DNA from: a virus
Taxonomy: Duplodnaviria; Caudoviricetes
IMG/VR virus record: IMGVR_UViG_3300038968_000070
Coordinates: 59,914-123,913 of that record
DNA: 64,000 bases
Reading direction: 5' to 3' (one strand)
Shown piece after piece: positions 56,462 to 64,000 of this stretch. Positions within the stretch are counted from its first letter, which is position 1. Each line of letters opens with the position of its first letter. A model generated the notes under the pieces. That model was given only the letters and a program-made list of their open reading frames with translations. It was not told where the DNA came from and searched no databases. Both the position numbers and the translations under genes were made by a program.

Positions 56462-56830
56462 GTGAGAAACGACCTGCGCGAAAAGGTCAAGCGGGCGACC
56501 TACGCCATGGCGTACAGTGGCTCGCCCGCGCCGGCGCCCAAGACCGCACCGTCGGACGCCGCCGAACGTCTGGCCGTTTGGCACCGCGCGCTTGCTGCGC
56601 GTGGGTTGGGCGTCATCGAATTTGTGTGGAGCGACCGGTATGCTGCGCCGGACCTTGTCGTCGCCTTCCGTGCGACCGCGCCGGACGCGCACGTCGTGAT
56701 CGTCCGCGCCTTCGACACCTTGCTCTGCCGTAACGGCCCGCACCCACGCGATGTGAACCGAGCGAGCACAGGGGTCTGGGCGGGCTTCGCGCTCGACAAG
56801 CTCCTCGCACCGCCGCCGGCGCGGCCGTGA
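56462..56830 (+). CDS. family 2 paralog
   Basis: LAVWHRALAA..VIEFVWSD. Confidence 0.65.
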   Translation: MRNDLREKVKRATYAMAYSGSPAPAPKTAPSDAAERLAVWHRALAARGLGVIEFVWSDRYAAPDLVVAFRATAPDAHVVIVRAFDTLLCRNGPHPRDVNRASTGVWAGFALDKLLAPPPARP

Positions 56831-57153
56831 ACGAAGCGGCGGCGCTCGCGGCGTGGCACGCCGCGCTCGCGGACGTGCGTGTGATCCGGTTCGAATGGGA
56901 CGAGAACCTGGCGTTACCGCCGGTGGTCGAGTGGATTGAAGCGACGGACGGCGAGCGGCGGTACAAAGCGTTGCTTCACCCGTTCGGCGACCGCTTCGAG
57001 GTGTACGCGACCGATCGTGATGACGTCACGTTCTTCTTGCGTTCGGTCCGAACACGGTTGGACGGTCGCTTACCGCGCTCGCCGCGCGAGGTCGTTGATC
57101 GTCTCCGTCACGCTGACGGCGGCTTCGTGTCGGGTGACTTCGGCGTTCGCTGA
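56827..57153 (+). CDS. family 2 paralog
   Basis: LAAWHAALA..VIRFEWDE. Confidence 0.65.
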   Translation: MNEAAALAAWHAALADVRVIRFEWDENLALPPVVEWIEATDGERRYKALLHPFGDRFEVYATDRDDVTFFLRSVRTRLDGRLPRSPREVVDRLRHADGGFVSGDFGVR

Positions 57154-57181
57154 CGCACCCCTCTGCTACAATCGCCCCGTC

Positions 57182-57526
57182 GTGAGCCTCTACGTCGAGA
57201 ACATCCCGACCGGCGCGCCGGTGCTCGTGGTCCTGGTCGTCCAAGAGGGCTGCGGCGCCTGCGACGAGTACAAACCGATCTTCGAGAAGATCGCCGAGCC
57301 GTACGCCAAGCGCGGCCTGCCGATCTACAAGCTCGACGCCGGCAGCGAGGACCCCGACGCGCAGGCGTTCATGAACCGGCACGGGGTGGAATCGACCCCG
57401 ACCGTCATCGCCGCGACGCTCTACCGTGGCCCCGTCGCCCGGCTCGAAGGCGTGTCGAGCGAGTACGAGACGCGACAGCTCCTCGACGTCGCGTGGGCGC
57501 ACAATCGGCCGGTGAGCATCTGGTGA
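57182..57526 (+). CDS. thioredoxin-like protein
   Basis: CGAC; YKLD; GVESTPT cis-Pro loop. Confidence 0.85.
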   Translation: MSLYVENIPTGAPVLVVLVVQEGCGACDEYKPIFEKIAEPYAKRGLPIYKLDAGSEDPDAQAFMNRHGVESTPTVIAATLYRGPVARLEGVSSEYETRQLLDVAWAHNRPVSIW

Positions 57527-57530
57527 TCTT

Positions 57531-58004
57531 GTGAGCGACCGCCTCGCGGCGTGGCTCAACGCGCACCGCGACTACGAGATCATTGCCGTCGACTGGAACG
57601 AGCGCGGCGATTACCTCACCAGCGCGGTTCTCGGTCGTGAGATCGCGGGTGAACACGTCACCTACGGTGTCCACGGCACAGACCACACGTTGTGGATCGC
57701 GGTGCCGTGGTCCGGCACGCCAGTGCGTGGCCCCGGTTGGTATCGTTACCACCGCCGCGCCGCGGGTGCGCCGCCGGCGCCGACACCCTGGACGCGGCTG
57801 ACGGCCGATACCTTGATCTACCTCGACGGCGCTGCGCTGGTGTGGGTCAACGAGCCGGAAGCCGCGCTGCCCACGGCTTTGCGATGGCTACGTTACGTCG
57901 CCGACGCGCACGCAGGGCGGTCGTCAGCAGAATTCGAGCCATACGAACCGGCGATGATGCGCTGCCCGGCGCTCGTGGCGCACGTCGGCGGGCGACTGCC
58001 ATGA
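57531..58004 (+). CDS. family 2 paralog
   Basis: LAAWLNAH..IIAVDWNE. Confidence 0.6.
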   Translation: MSDRLAAWLNAHRDYEIIAVDWNERGDYLTSAVLGREIAGEHVTYGVHGTDHTLWIAVPWSGTPVRGPGWYRYHRRAAGAPPAPTPWTRLTADTLIYLDGAALVWVNEPEAALPTALRWLRYVADAHAGRSSAEFEPYEPAMMRCPALVAHVGGRLP

Positions 58005-58384
58005 CCCTCCCCGCCAACGCCAACAAGCGCAAGCGCCGCAAGAAAGCGCGCACCGTCGTCGACGTTCTGCGCGAGATGGCACGGCGCGACGCGCTCGTTG
58101 CTGCCAACGCCAGTCGTCTCGCGAAGGCGTCGTTCGACCGGTTGAACGTCGTGACCGCGCTTGCGGCCGCGCACGATCACACCCACACCCCGATCGCCGC
58201 ACGCATCCTTGCGTTCCTCCGCGACGCCGAGGAGATCGCGCCCGGCCTTGCGTACAGCGACGCGCAGATCGCCTACGTCATCGGTGCGTCGCGTGAGTCG
58301 ACGCGGAAGACGCTGTACCGGCTACGCACCGACGCGCGGGTCGAGCACCGCGGGCACGGCGCGTGGGGGTTGTGCGGTTCATGA
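58001..58384 (+). CDS. Crp-type HTH protein
   Basis: SDAQIAYVIGASRESTRKTLYRL. Confidence 0.7.
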   Translation: MTLPANANKRKRRKKARTVVDVLREMARRDALVAANASRLAKASFDRLNVVTALAAAHDHTHTPIAARILAFLRDAEEIAPGLAYSDAQIAYVIGASRESTRKTLYRLRTDARVEHRGHGAWGLCGS

Positions 58385-58573
58385 GCCACCCGCTCGACGT
58401 CGACGCCATGCGGCAGTGCACACGCTGCGGCGAGTGGATCCTGAAGATCGACTGGACGCATGAGCGCGAGTGCGCCGCGGGTCTTGCGCCGTTGCGAAGG
58501 GAGCTGCGTGCCGCACGACAGCGGGTCGAAGCGCTGGAGCGCGACGTCGCAGAGGCGGCGCGGCGCTTGCGCG

Positions 58574-58909
58574 CTACTGCGTCGGCGGCCGACGCGGCGG
58601 ACGCACGAGGCGGCGCCCCGGAACCGACGCCGCGCGTGACGTCGTCGGCGGCGCCGGAACTTCGAGTGGCGTCGCCTCGAAGTCAACGGGCTCCGGCACG
58701 TTCGTGATCGACTTCATGCGCGCGCTCGTGCGCCGGAGGTCGTCGATGCGGCGAACGAGCGACGGGTCGTTGAAGTCCATCCCGTCGCCGTCGTCGCTCT
58801 CGTCGATCGTCTTGACCGCTTCATCGATTTTCTCGGATGCCTCTCGCCCGCGCCGTTCCATCTCTTGGAAGGCGTCTTCGAGGGGCTTGGGCAGGGCCAC
58901 TGCGCTCAC
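58574..58909 (-). CDS. hypothetical protein
   Basis: GTGA coupling to 58906. Confidence 0.5.
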   Translation of the reverse strand: MSAVALPKPLEDAFQEMERRGREASEKIDEAVKTIDESDDGDGMDFNDPSLVRRIDDLRRTSARMKSITNVPEPVDFEATPLEVPAPPTTSRAASVPGRRLVRPPRRPPTQ

Positions 58910-59295
58910 CTGGGGACTCGGTTGCGGGTGAAGGAATCGGCGAGTGCCGACAGCTTATCCGACAGCGTCGTGACGATCGCGAACGTTCGTTGCTGCATCT
59001 CGCTCGCCTGACGGTCGTAGCGATCAGCTTGCTCACGCAATGCTTGTGCATGGGCCGTACCCATCGCTTGAACCTGCGCGGCGAACGCCGCCGCGGTCGC
59101 TGCGACGGCGGCCGCATTCTTCTCGTTCAGCGCCGCCACGTCGGCGGCGCTCTTCTCGTTCAACGCCGCTGTGGTGGCAGCGCACGCATCGCGCAACCGG
59201 CCGTTGTCGCGGTACAGATGGACGACACCCGCCGTCGCCGCCAGGGCCCAGAGCCCGAGCGGTCCGTACACGACAAGGCCGGCGAGGGGTTCCAC
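58906..59295 (-). CDS. N-terminal TM + coiled coil (holin-like, tentative)
   Basis: YGPLGLWAL TM; AALNEK repeat. Confidence 0.55.
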   Translation of the reverse strand: MEPLAGLVVYGPLGLWALAATAGVVHLYRDNGRLRDACAATTAALNEKSAADVAALNEKNAAAVAATAAAFAAQVQAMGTAHAQALREQADRYDRQASEMQQRTFAIVTTLSDKLSALADSFTRNRVPR

Positions 59296-59315
59296 GCGAA
59301 GCTCCTACCGGAGCC

Positions 59316-59555
59316 TCAGCGCGGGGTGACCGAGCGCATCGCGTTGCCGATGCAGCGACGGTAGACGGCGGCGTTGCCCTTCGCCTTGCGCTTGCAAGGA
59401 CCGGCCTCTTCGCGCATCGTCCGCTTCCAGAGCGAGAGGTGCGAGGTCGACGGCTTCTTGCGCGGCGGGCAGCCCGAGCCCTGGTGGCCCATGAACTCCG
59501 CGATGACCTTGCGGCCCTTCTTGATCACGATGCGCTTGCGCTTGCACTTGGCCAT
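59316..59555 (-). CDS. small basic Cys-containing protein
   Basis: GGAG RBS; K/R-rich. Confidence 0.7.
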   Translation of the reverse strand: MAKCKRKRIVIKKGRKVIAEFMGHQGSGCPPRKKPSTSHLSLWKRTMREEAGPCKRKAKGNAAVYRRCIGNAMRSVTPR

Positions 59556-59776
59556 TGTCGTTCTCCGTGTGGATCGGTTGTTCGGTCGTTACGAGAGCGC
59601 GCGCACCGTGCGCGGCTCAGCGCACGTCGTGCGCTAGCGCGACGGGCGACGGATCGGGGAAGGCCGCACCGGGCCCGGCCGGGTGGGCGCCGATGGGGGC
59701 TTGGGACGCAGGCAGCACGGCGGGGCCGGCTTGGGCGGGTTGGCGAGTGGGAAGGGACGGCGCATGGTGAAGCTCC

Positions 59777-60439
59777 TCACTCCGCGGCGGGCGAGCCCGG
59801 CCGCATGATCATGACGGCGGCACCGATGCCGACGGCGAGGATGACGCCGCCGACGATGAACGGCAGGTTCTTCTGCGAGAAGAAACCGGGCTTGGCCGGC
59901 TGGAATCCCGGCGGCGGGTAGACGTCCGGCGTGACGTTCGTCGCCGCCGGCGTGATCGACGTCCCCGATCCGGTGGCCGGCGGGATCGCTGGCGGCGCCG
60001 TTGCCGGAACCGCGCCACGGATCGCCGCGAGCGTGTTGCTGATGGCGTCGGCGTTCTTGGCGACGGCCTCGGGCGTGTTGTACACGAGCAAGGTCGCACC
60101 GAGCGCGATGCCCTGCGACGACGCCGTACGGGCGACCGTCGAGAGCGCGTTGACGGTGCCGGCGCCGACCTTGCCGTCGACGGTGACCCGCGTGTTGGCG
60201 CGGAGCGCGTCGCCCGCCTGATTGATCAGGCTTTGCATGTTGCGGATGTTCGTGTCGCAACTCGGGCAGTTGCTCGACGCCCAGATGTCGCCGTACTGCT
60301 TGACGCCGACTTGCTGCGCGGTCGCACCCAGCTGCGGGGCGCCCGCGTACTGGTTCAGCGGCGCGGTGTCGTTCGCCGGCGCGCGGCCGAAGCCGCCACC
60401 GGAGAAGCCGCCACCGGACAAGCCGAAGTTGCTGAGCAT
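59777..60439 (-). CDS. peptidoglycan-binding-like protein with C-terminal TM
   Basis: IRNMQSLI..VDGKVGAGT; FGLSG, QLGA; TM. Confidence 0.7.
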   Translation of the reverse strand: MLSNFGLSGGGFSGGGFGRAPANDTAPLNQYAGAPQLGATAQQVGVKQYGDIWASSNCPSCDTNIRNMQSLINQAGDALRANTRVTVDGKVGAGTVNALSTVARTASSQGIALGATLLVYNTPEAVAKNADAISNTLAAIRGAVPATAPPAIPPATGSGTSITPAATNVTPDVYPPPGFQPAKPGFFSQKNLPFIVGGVILAVGIGAAVMIMRPGSPAAE

Positions 60440-60446
60440 AGGGGGT

Positions 60447-60475
60447 AGGTTACATGTGATCGGGTGACCGATCCA
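60447..60475 (-). promoter_or_regulatory. GATC-dyad promoter
   Basis: TGGATC-17 bp-TAACCT, ATG 7 nt later. Confidence 0.75.
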
Positions 60476-60501
60476 GGGGGTTGCGTGATACGTTGCCATT
60501 C

Positions 60502-61398
60502 ATGGGCCTGCCCCCCGCGAGCGTCCTGTTCCAGCCGGTGACCTGTATGCCGGCGTGGGTCGGCAAGTACGCCTTGCTGCCCAACACGACGGTGGCGTCG
60601 GGGTGCAGCACCGCGAACGGCAACGTGCAGTGCGACCCGCGCGCGATGGCGACCGCGGCCGCGAAGAAGACGGGACTCCCCGTCACGCTCGAAGCGTACA
60701 CGCTCGCACGCTACGTGACGTCCGAGGTCGGGACGCGCAGCGTGCCCGAGCGCGTCGCCGTGTTGCAAGCAGCGCTCAACCGCGCGCGGTACGTCGAGCG
60801 GCTCCCGAGCGTGCTCAACCTGTTGCTCTACCGCCAGTCCCCGACGGGGGCGCAGGCGGCGCACCGTGGCTACTACGGACCGATCCACAGCGGCGGTGAT
60901 CTCGCGGCGCCGTACGGTCGATGGGCGTCGACGGCGCGCGACCCGGCGTACTCGAACATCGCGCTCGCGATCGCGGTCTTGAACGGCGAGATCCCGGAGA
61001 GCTTCTCGAAGGGCGCCGACGACCAGTACGGGCCGGAGATCTTGGTCACCAAGCAAGGGCTCGCGGTGACGCAGAACGGCGTCCGCCGGCGCGGCGGCGA
61101 GCATCGCTATTGGGTCGGCCCGCTCCCCGGCGTCGACCACATGCGGACGTTCCTCTACACGACCCGGCGCGACATCTCGCCGACGTCGCCCGAGGGCAAA
61201 GCGCTCATCGAGCGCGGCGTCGCCGCGATCAGCTCCGGTCGCCCGAACTGGTCGGGCTTGACCGTCTGCGCCGCGGAGCCGGGTATGCTCGACACGCCGG
61301 GCGCCAAGGCGGCGGCGGTCGTGGTCGGCGGTGCGACGGCGGCGGCACTCGCGGTGGTCGGCGCGGCGGTGTGGCGGCGGCGTCGGGTGATGGTGTAG
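60502..61398 (+). CDS. SleB/Hydrolase_2-like cell-wall hydrolase with C-terminal TM
   Basis: TLARYVTSEVG..AVLQAALNRA; TM then WRRRR. Confidence 0.65.
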   Translation: MGLPPASVLFQPVTCMPAWVGKYALLPNTTVASGCSTANGNVQCDPRAMATAAAKKTGLPVTLEAYTLARYVTSEVGTRSVPERVAVLQAALNRARYVERLPSVLNLLLYRQSPTGAQAAHRGYYGPIHSGGDLAAPYGRWASTARDPAYSNIALAIAVLNGEIPESFSKGADDQYGPEILVTKQGLAVTQNGVRRRGGEHRYWVGPLPGVDHMRTFLYTTRRDISPTSPEGKALIERGVAAISSGRPNWSGLTVCAAEPGMLDTPGAKAAAVVVGGATAAALAVVGAAVWRRRRVMV

Positions 61399-61408
61399 GC
61401 TGGTCGGT

Positions 61409-61807
61409 ATGGCGACGTACTCCGTCATGGGTTGCACCGGTGCGATGGCCAAGCGCTTCACCGACCCGCGCAAGGCGATCAAGTTCGCGCGGCAGTGCGC
61501 CCGTAAGGGGCACACGCCAGTCAACGTGAACACGGTGCGCAAGCGTTCGTTCGGCCCCGGGGAGTCGTTCGAGACGATCTTTCGGTGCATCGACGCACGG
61601 CGCATGTCGAAGCGCGGCAGCAAGACGACGATCAAGTGCGGCCCTACGTACAGCAAGCACGCGCATCATACGGACTACGCGTCGTGGGAACGTCAACAGC
61701 GCGCCGACGGCTACCTGAAGGGCGCGCGCAAGCGGCGCAGCAAGTCGTGTCCGTCGAACGTCGGCAAGACGCGCGCGCCCAAATCGCTTCGTCGGAGGCG
61801 CCGATGA
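61409..61807 (+). CDS. basic Cys-containing protein with Arg tail
   Basis: YLKGARKRR..LRRRRR. Confidence 0.7.
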   Translation: MATYSVMGCTGAMAKRFTDPRKAIKFARQCARKGHTPVNVNTVRKRSFGPGESFETIFRCIDARRMSKRGSKTTIKCGPTYSKHAHHTDYASWERQQRADGYLKGARKRRSKSCPSNVGKTRAPKSLRRRRR

Positions 61808-62136
61808 GCGGCGCGGTGCTCCCAGCACCGTCACGTGAGCTGGTCGCCAAGGCGGCGGCGCGGTACGTGACCGGCGAATTCACCACGTTCCGTGACTGGC
61901 TCAGCTACGAAGACGAGCTGGCCGCGGAGTGGCTCAAGGACCCCGCGTTCACGTGCACTGTCGAGTACGCGACGCTCAAGGTCATGGAACAGATCCGCTG
62001 GAAGACGCAGATGTCATCGATCGCGGCCGAACACGGCGGCGGCGCCAAGGGTGTCGCTGTCGTCGTCGGTCGTGTCGTCGGTGAGTGGGTCGCCGGCGGC
62101 ACGACGATCGATCGTGAGCTACAGACCTGGGGCTGA
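61804..62136 (+). CDS. hypothetical protein
   Basis: GGAGG RBS; ATGA overlap. Confidence 0.55.
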   Translation: MSGAVLPAPSRELVAKAAARYVTGEFTTFRDWLSYEDELAAEWLKDPAFTCTVEYATLKVMEQIRWKTQMSSIAAEHGGGAKGVAVVVGRVVGEWVAGGTTIDRELQTWG

Positions 62137-62139
62137 TCC

Positions 62140-62238
62140 ATGACCACCGCCATCCTCCCCATCCTCGCCGTCCTCGTCAGCTGCGCCGGCATCGCCGTCG
62201 TCGGCATCGTCCTCGACAAGCACGCGAGGAAGCGCTGA
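62140..62238 (+). CDS. 32-aa single-TM peptide
   Basis: MTTAILPILAVLVSCAGIAVVGIVLDKHARKR; TGATG coupling. Confidence 0.55.
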   Translation: MTTAILPILAVLVSCAGIAVVGIVLDKHARKR

Positions 62239-63098
62239 TGCCCGGCGAAGACCCCAACGTCGGCGATCGCGGCCACGTCACGCCGCTGCCTGGCACGAAC
62301 GCCGGGCCGGTGATCGACCGACTGTGGGCTGTCCCGCCGCGCACTGGCGGTGGCGGTGGCCCCGTACCGACGCGGACGATACCGTCGGGCTACCGCCAGT
62401 GGCCGACGCGGCGTCTTGGCGCCATGCTGGGCGCCGTGTCGGGATGGCTTCCATTCGCGGCGTTGGCCGCGGTCTGGGCCGGCGCCGTCATGTACGGCGC
62501 GCACCGCAGCCGCGGGCGGCTTCGTGGTGCGCGTCGAAAGAGTGACAAGATGCGCGACCAAGCCCGGCCCGAGGCGGTCGGCTACGAGCTGGATCGTGAG
62601 ACGCTCACACCGACGCGTCGCGTGATCGACACCTCTGCACCCGGTGACTACGGCGCCGACCCGATCGGCGACGGGCTCTTTCGCATGGTCCCGAGCGGTG
62701 ACATCGTCGACTTCGAGGAGCGCAATCGGCGGCTAAAGAAGCCGCTGCGCGGCGCGCCGCGGCGCTTACACGGCACGGACGACGACGACGACGATACCGG
62801 TCTCACGTTCACGCAGCGCTTCCGACGGGGGCAGCGACGCGCCGGCATCCAGACCTACACCGAAGGAAAGTGGACGCCCTTCCGTGCCGGTGAGCGTGTC
62901 ACGACCATGATCGTCGAGACGCCCGCCGGTGTGTGGCAGGCGAAGGTTCACAAAGACGGCTCGTGGTCGGTGCGTGGCCCCGACCCCGACAACGAAGCTC
63001 ACTACGGATCCGGTGAGGTCACCGCCGACACCGATCGTGAACTGGTGACCCTCGCCAAGAAACAAGCACGGGCGTTCCTCAAGGCGCGCTTGGGATAG
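62238..63098 (+). CDS. multi-module protein with TM and LxG linkers
   Basis: RLGAMLGA, RLRGARRK, PLRGAPRRLHG. Confidence 0.7.
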   Translation: MPGEDPNVGDRGHVTPLPGTNAGPVIDRLWAVPPRTGGGGGPVPTRTIPSGYRQWPTRRLGAMLGAVSGWLPFAALAAVWAGAVMYGAHRSRGRLRGARRKSDKMRDQARPEAVGYELDRETLTPTRRVIDTSAPGDYGADPIGDGLFRMVPSGDIVDFEERNRRLKKPLRGAPRRLHGTDDDDDDTGLTFTQRFRRGQRRAGIQTYTEGKWTPFRAGERVTTMIVETPAGVWQAKVHKDGSWSVRGPDPDNEAHYGSGEVTADTDRELVTLAKKQARAFLKARLG

Positions 63099-63108
63099 GA
63101 GCACCGCC

Positions 63109-63390
63109 ATGCCCTGGAAGAAGCTCAAGGTCGATCGCGGGTGGCCCGCCACGTGGCAGCGCTGCGGCAAGAACGCCAGCGGCCGTGAATACTGCGTCCT
63201 CATGACGAAGGAGAACGGCAAGTTCCGGTGGGGCTGGACGCAGGACAAGCACGAAGTCGACCCCATCAACGGGTGGTCGCGCGTCGTCGGCGGCTCCGCG
63301 CGCAAGACGAAGGAGTACGCTGACGACTACCTTCGTTACCTCGTCGGCAAGGGCGGCACGCTCGGGCGTCGCGGGCGGAGGCGGCGATGA
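63109..63390 (+). CDS. small protein with Arg tail
   Basis: AGGAG RBS; TLGRRGRRRR. Confidence 0.7.
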   Translation: MPWKKLKVDRGWPATWQRCGKNASGREYCVLMTKENGKFRWGWTQDKHEVDPINGWSRVVGGSARKTKEYADDYLRYLVGKGGTLGRRGRRRR

Positions 63391-63584
63391 GCTTGCTCGC
63401 CGACCTCAAGTCCGCGTTCCGCCGCGGCGACTGCGCGACCGCCCGCGCGATCGTCAGCAAGATGAACGTCCGCGCGAAGACGCCGGCCGAGCGCGAGCAG
63501 ATCTACCGCTTGCAAAACGCCGTGCGGCGTTGCCGCGTTCGCGGCGTCGCGGGCGTCAGGCGTCGCCGCAGGCGGCGGCGCTGA
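63387..63584 (+). CDS. small basic protein (GxC family, Arg tail)
   Basis: RRGDCATA; VAGVRRRRRRRR. Confidence 0.7.
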   Translation: MSLLADLKSAFRRGDCATARAIVSKMNVRAKTPAEREQIYRLQNAVRRCRVRGVAGVRRRRRRRR

Positions 63585-63598
63585 AGGAGAAAAACGTC

Positions 63599-63850
63599 AT
63601 GCCGATCCGCCGTACGACTTCCACCTCGCGCGCGTTGAACGACGTGCGCGCCGCCGCCTACCTCGCCGATGTGGGGCGCTGCGACGAGGCGAAGCGCAAG
63701 CTCGCCTTCGCCGAGGCGGTTCTCGACACGGCGTCGGGCGGCCAACGGCGCGCGCTTCGTGACGAGATCAAGGCCGCGCGGGGCTCGTTCCGTTCCTGCG
63801 GCATCACGCTCGCGGGTGCCCGGCGGCGCCGGCGCAGGCGCCGCCGGTGA
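63599..63850 (+). CDS. small basic protein (GxC family, Arg tail)
   Basis: AAGGAG RBS; VGRCDEA; LAGARRRRRRRR. Confidence 0.7.
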   Translation: MPIRRTTSTSRALNDVRAAAYLADVGRCDEAKRKLAFAEAVLDTASGGQRRALRDEIKAARGSFRSCGITLAGARRRRRRRRR

Positions 63851-64000
63851 AGCTCGCGCTCTTCGGTGCCGCGGCCGCGCTCGCCGGTGTCGCCGCGTTC
63901 CGGCGCCGGCGGCGTCTCGGCGCGACGAGCCGTAAGGGCCCGCGCACCGGCGCCGTCGAGATCGACATCGTCGAGATCAACAAGCGCGTCGAGCAAGCGC
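63847..64000 (+). CDS. partial ORF: N-terminal TM, poly-Arg, LGA
   Basis: MKLALFGAAAALAGVAAFRRRRRLGATSRK. Confidence 0.55.
   Translation, partial: MKLALFGAAAALAGVAAFRRRRRLGATSRKGPRTGAVEIDIVEINKRVEQA

Noticed and set aside
29149-60473. GATC dyads as CRISPR repeats, att sites or IS ends
   Set aside because: Dispersed, 16 bp, positioned at promoters; no spacers, integrase or transposase
1-64000. Arg runs in the many shadow ORFs
   Set aside because: Artefact of CGN-rich alternative frames; only tails on ORFs with coding-like codons and RBS/operon support were counted
1-64000. tRNA/rRNA genes or genetic-code reassignment
   Set aside because: No cloverleaf or rRNA seen by eye; conserved genes are intact under the standard code

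Overview
High-GC (roughly 70%) window that reads as a fragment of a large dsDNA bacteriophage; no tRNA, rRNA, CRISPR array, integrase, terminase, portal or tail genes were recognised. 1-15.6 kb is a replication and nucleotide module: Dam methylase (truncated at the window edge), a UDG-exonuclease-PolA fusion, ThyX-like protein, HNH, DUF3310, SSB-like protein, AAA ATPase, deaminase, PD-(D/E)XK nuclease, SNF2 helicase and a P-loop helicase. 16-37 kb is mostly small accessory genes. 37-64 kb looks like the morphogenesis module of a tailless, membrane-containing virion (inference). It holds two candidate jelly-roll capsid proteins, many proteins with a C-terminal membrane anchor, a transglutaminase-like Cys protease, a SleB-like lysin and an S74-chaperone spike. 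Four patterns stand out. (1) Many small proteins end in a hydrophobic-x-Gly + poly-Arg tail, a possible capsid-loading/protease-processing system. (2) A 16-member paralog family shares only a C-terminal helical module. (3) A repeated GATCG-N6-CGATC dyad is built into promoters of a phage that encodes its own Dam. (4) The peptide VG(V/T)APGTTT is shared by the capsid candidate and two other proteins. The host is possibly a myxobacterium. All calls come from motif recognition by eye; no searches were run.
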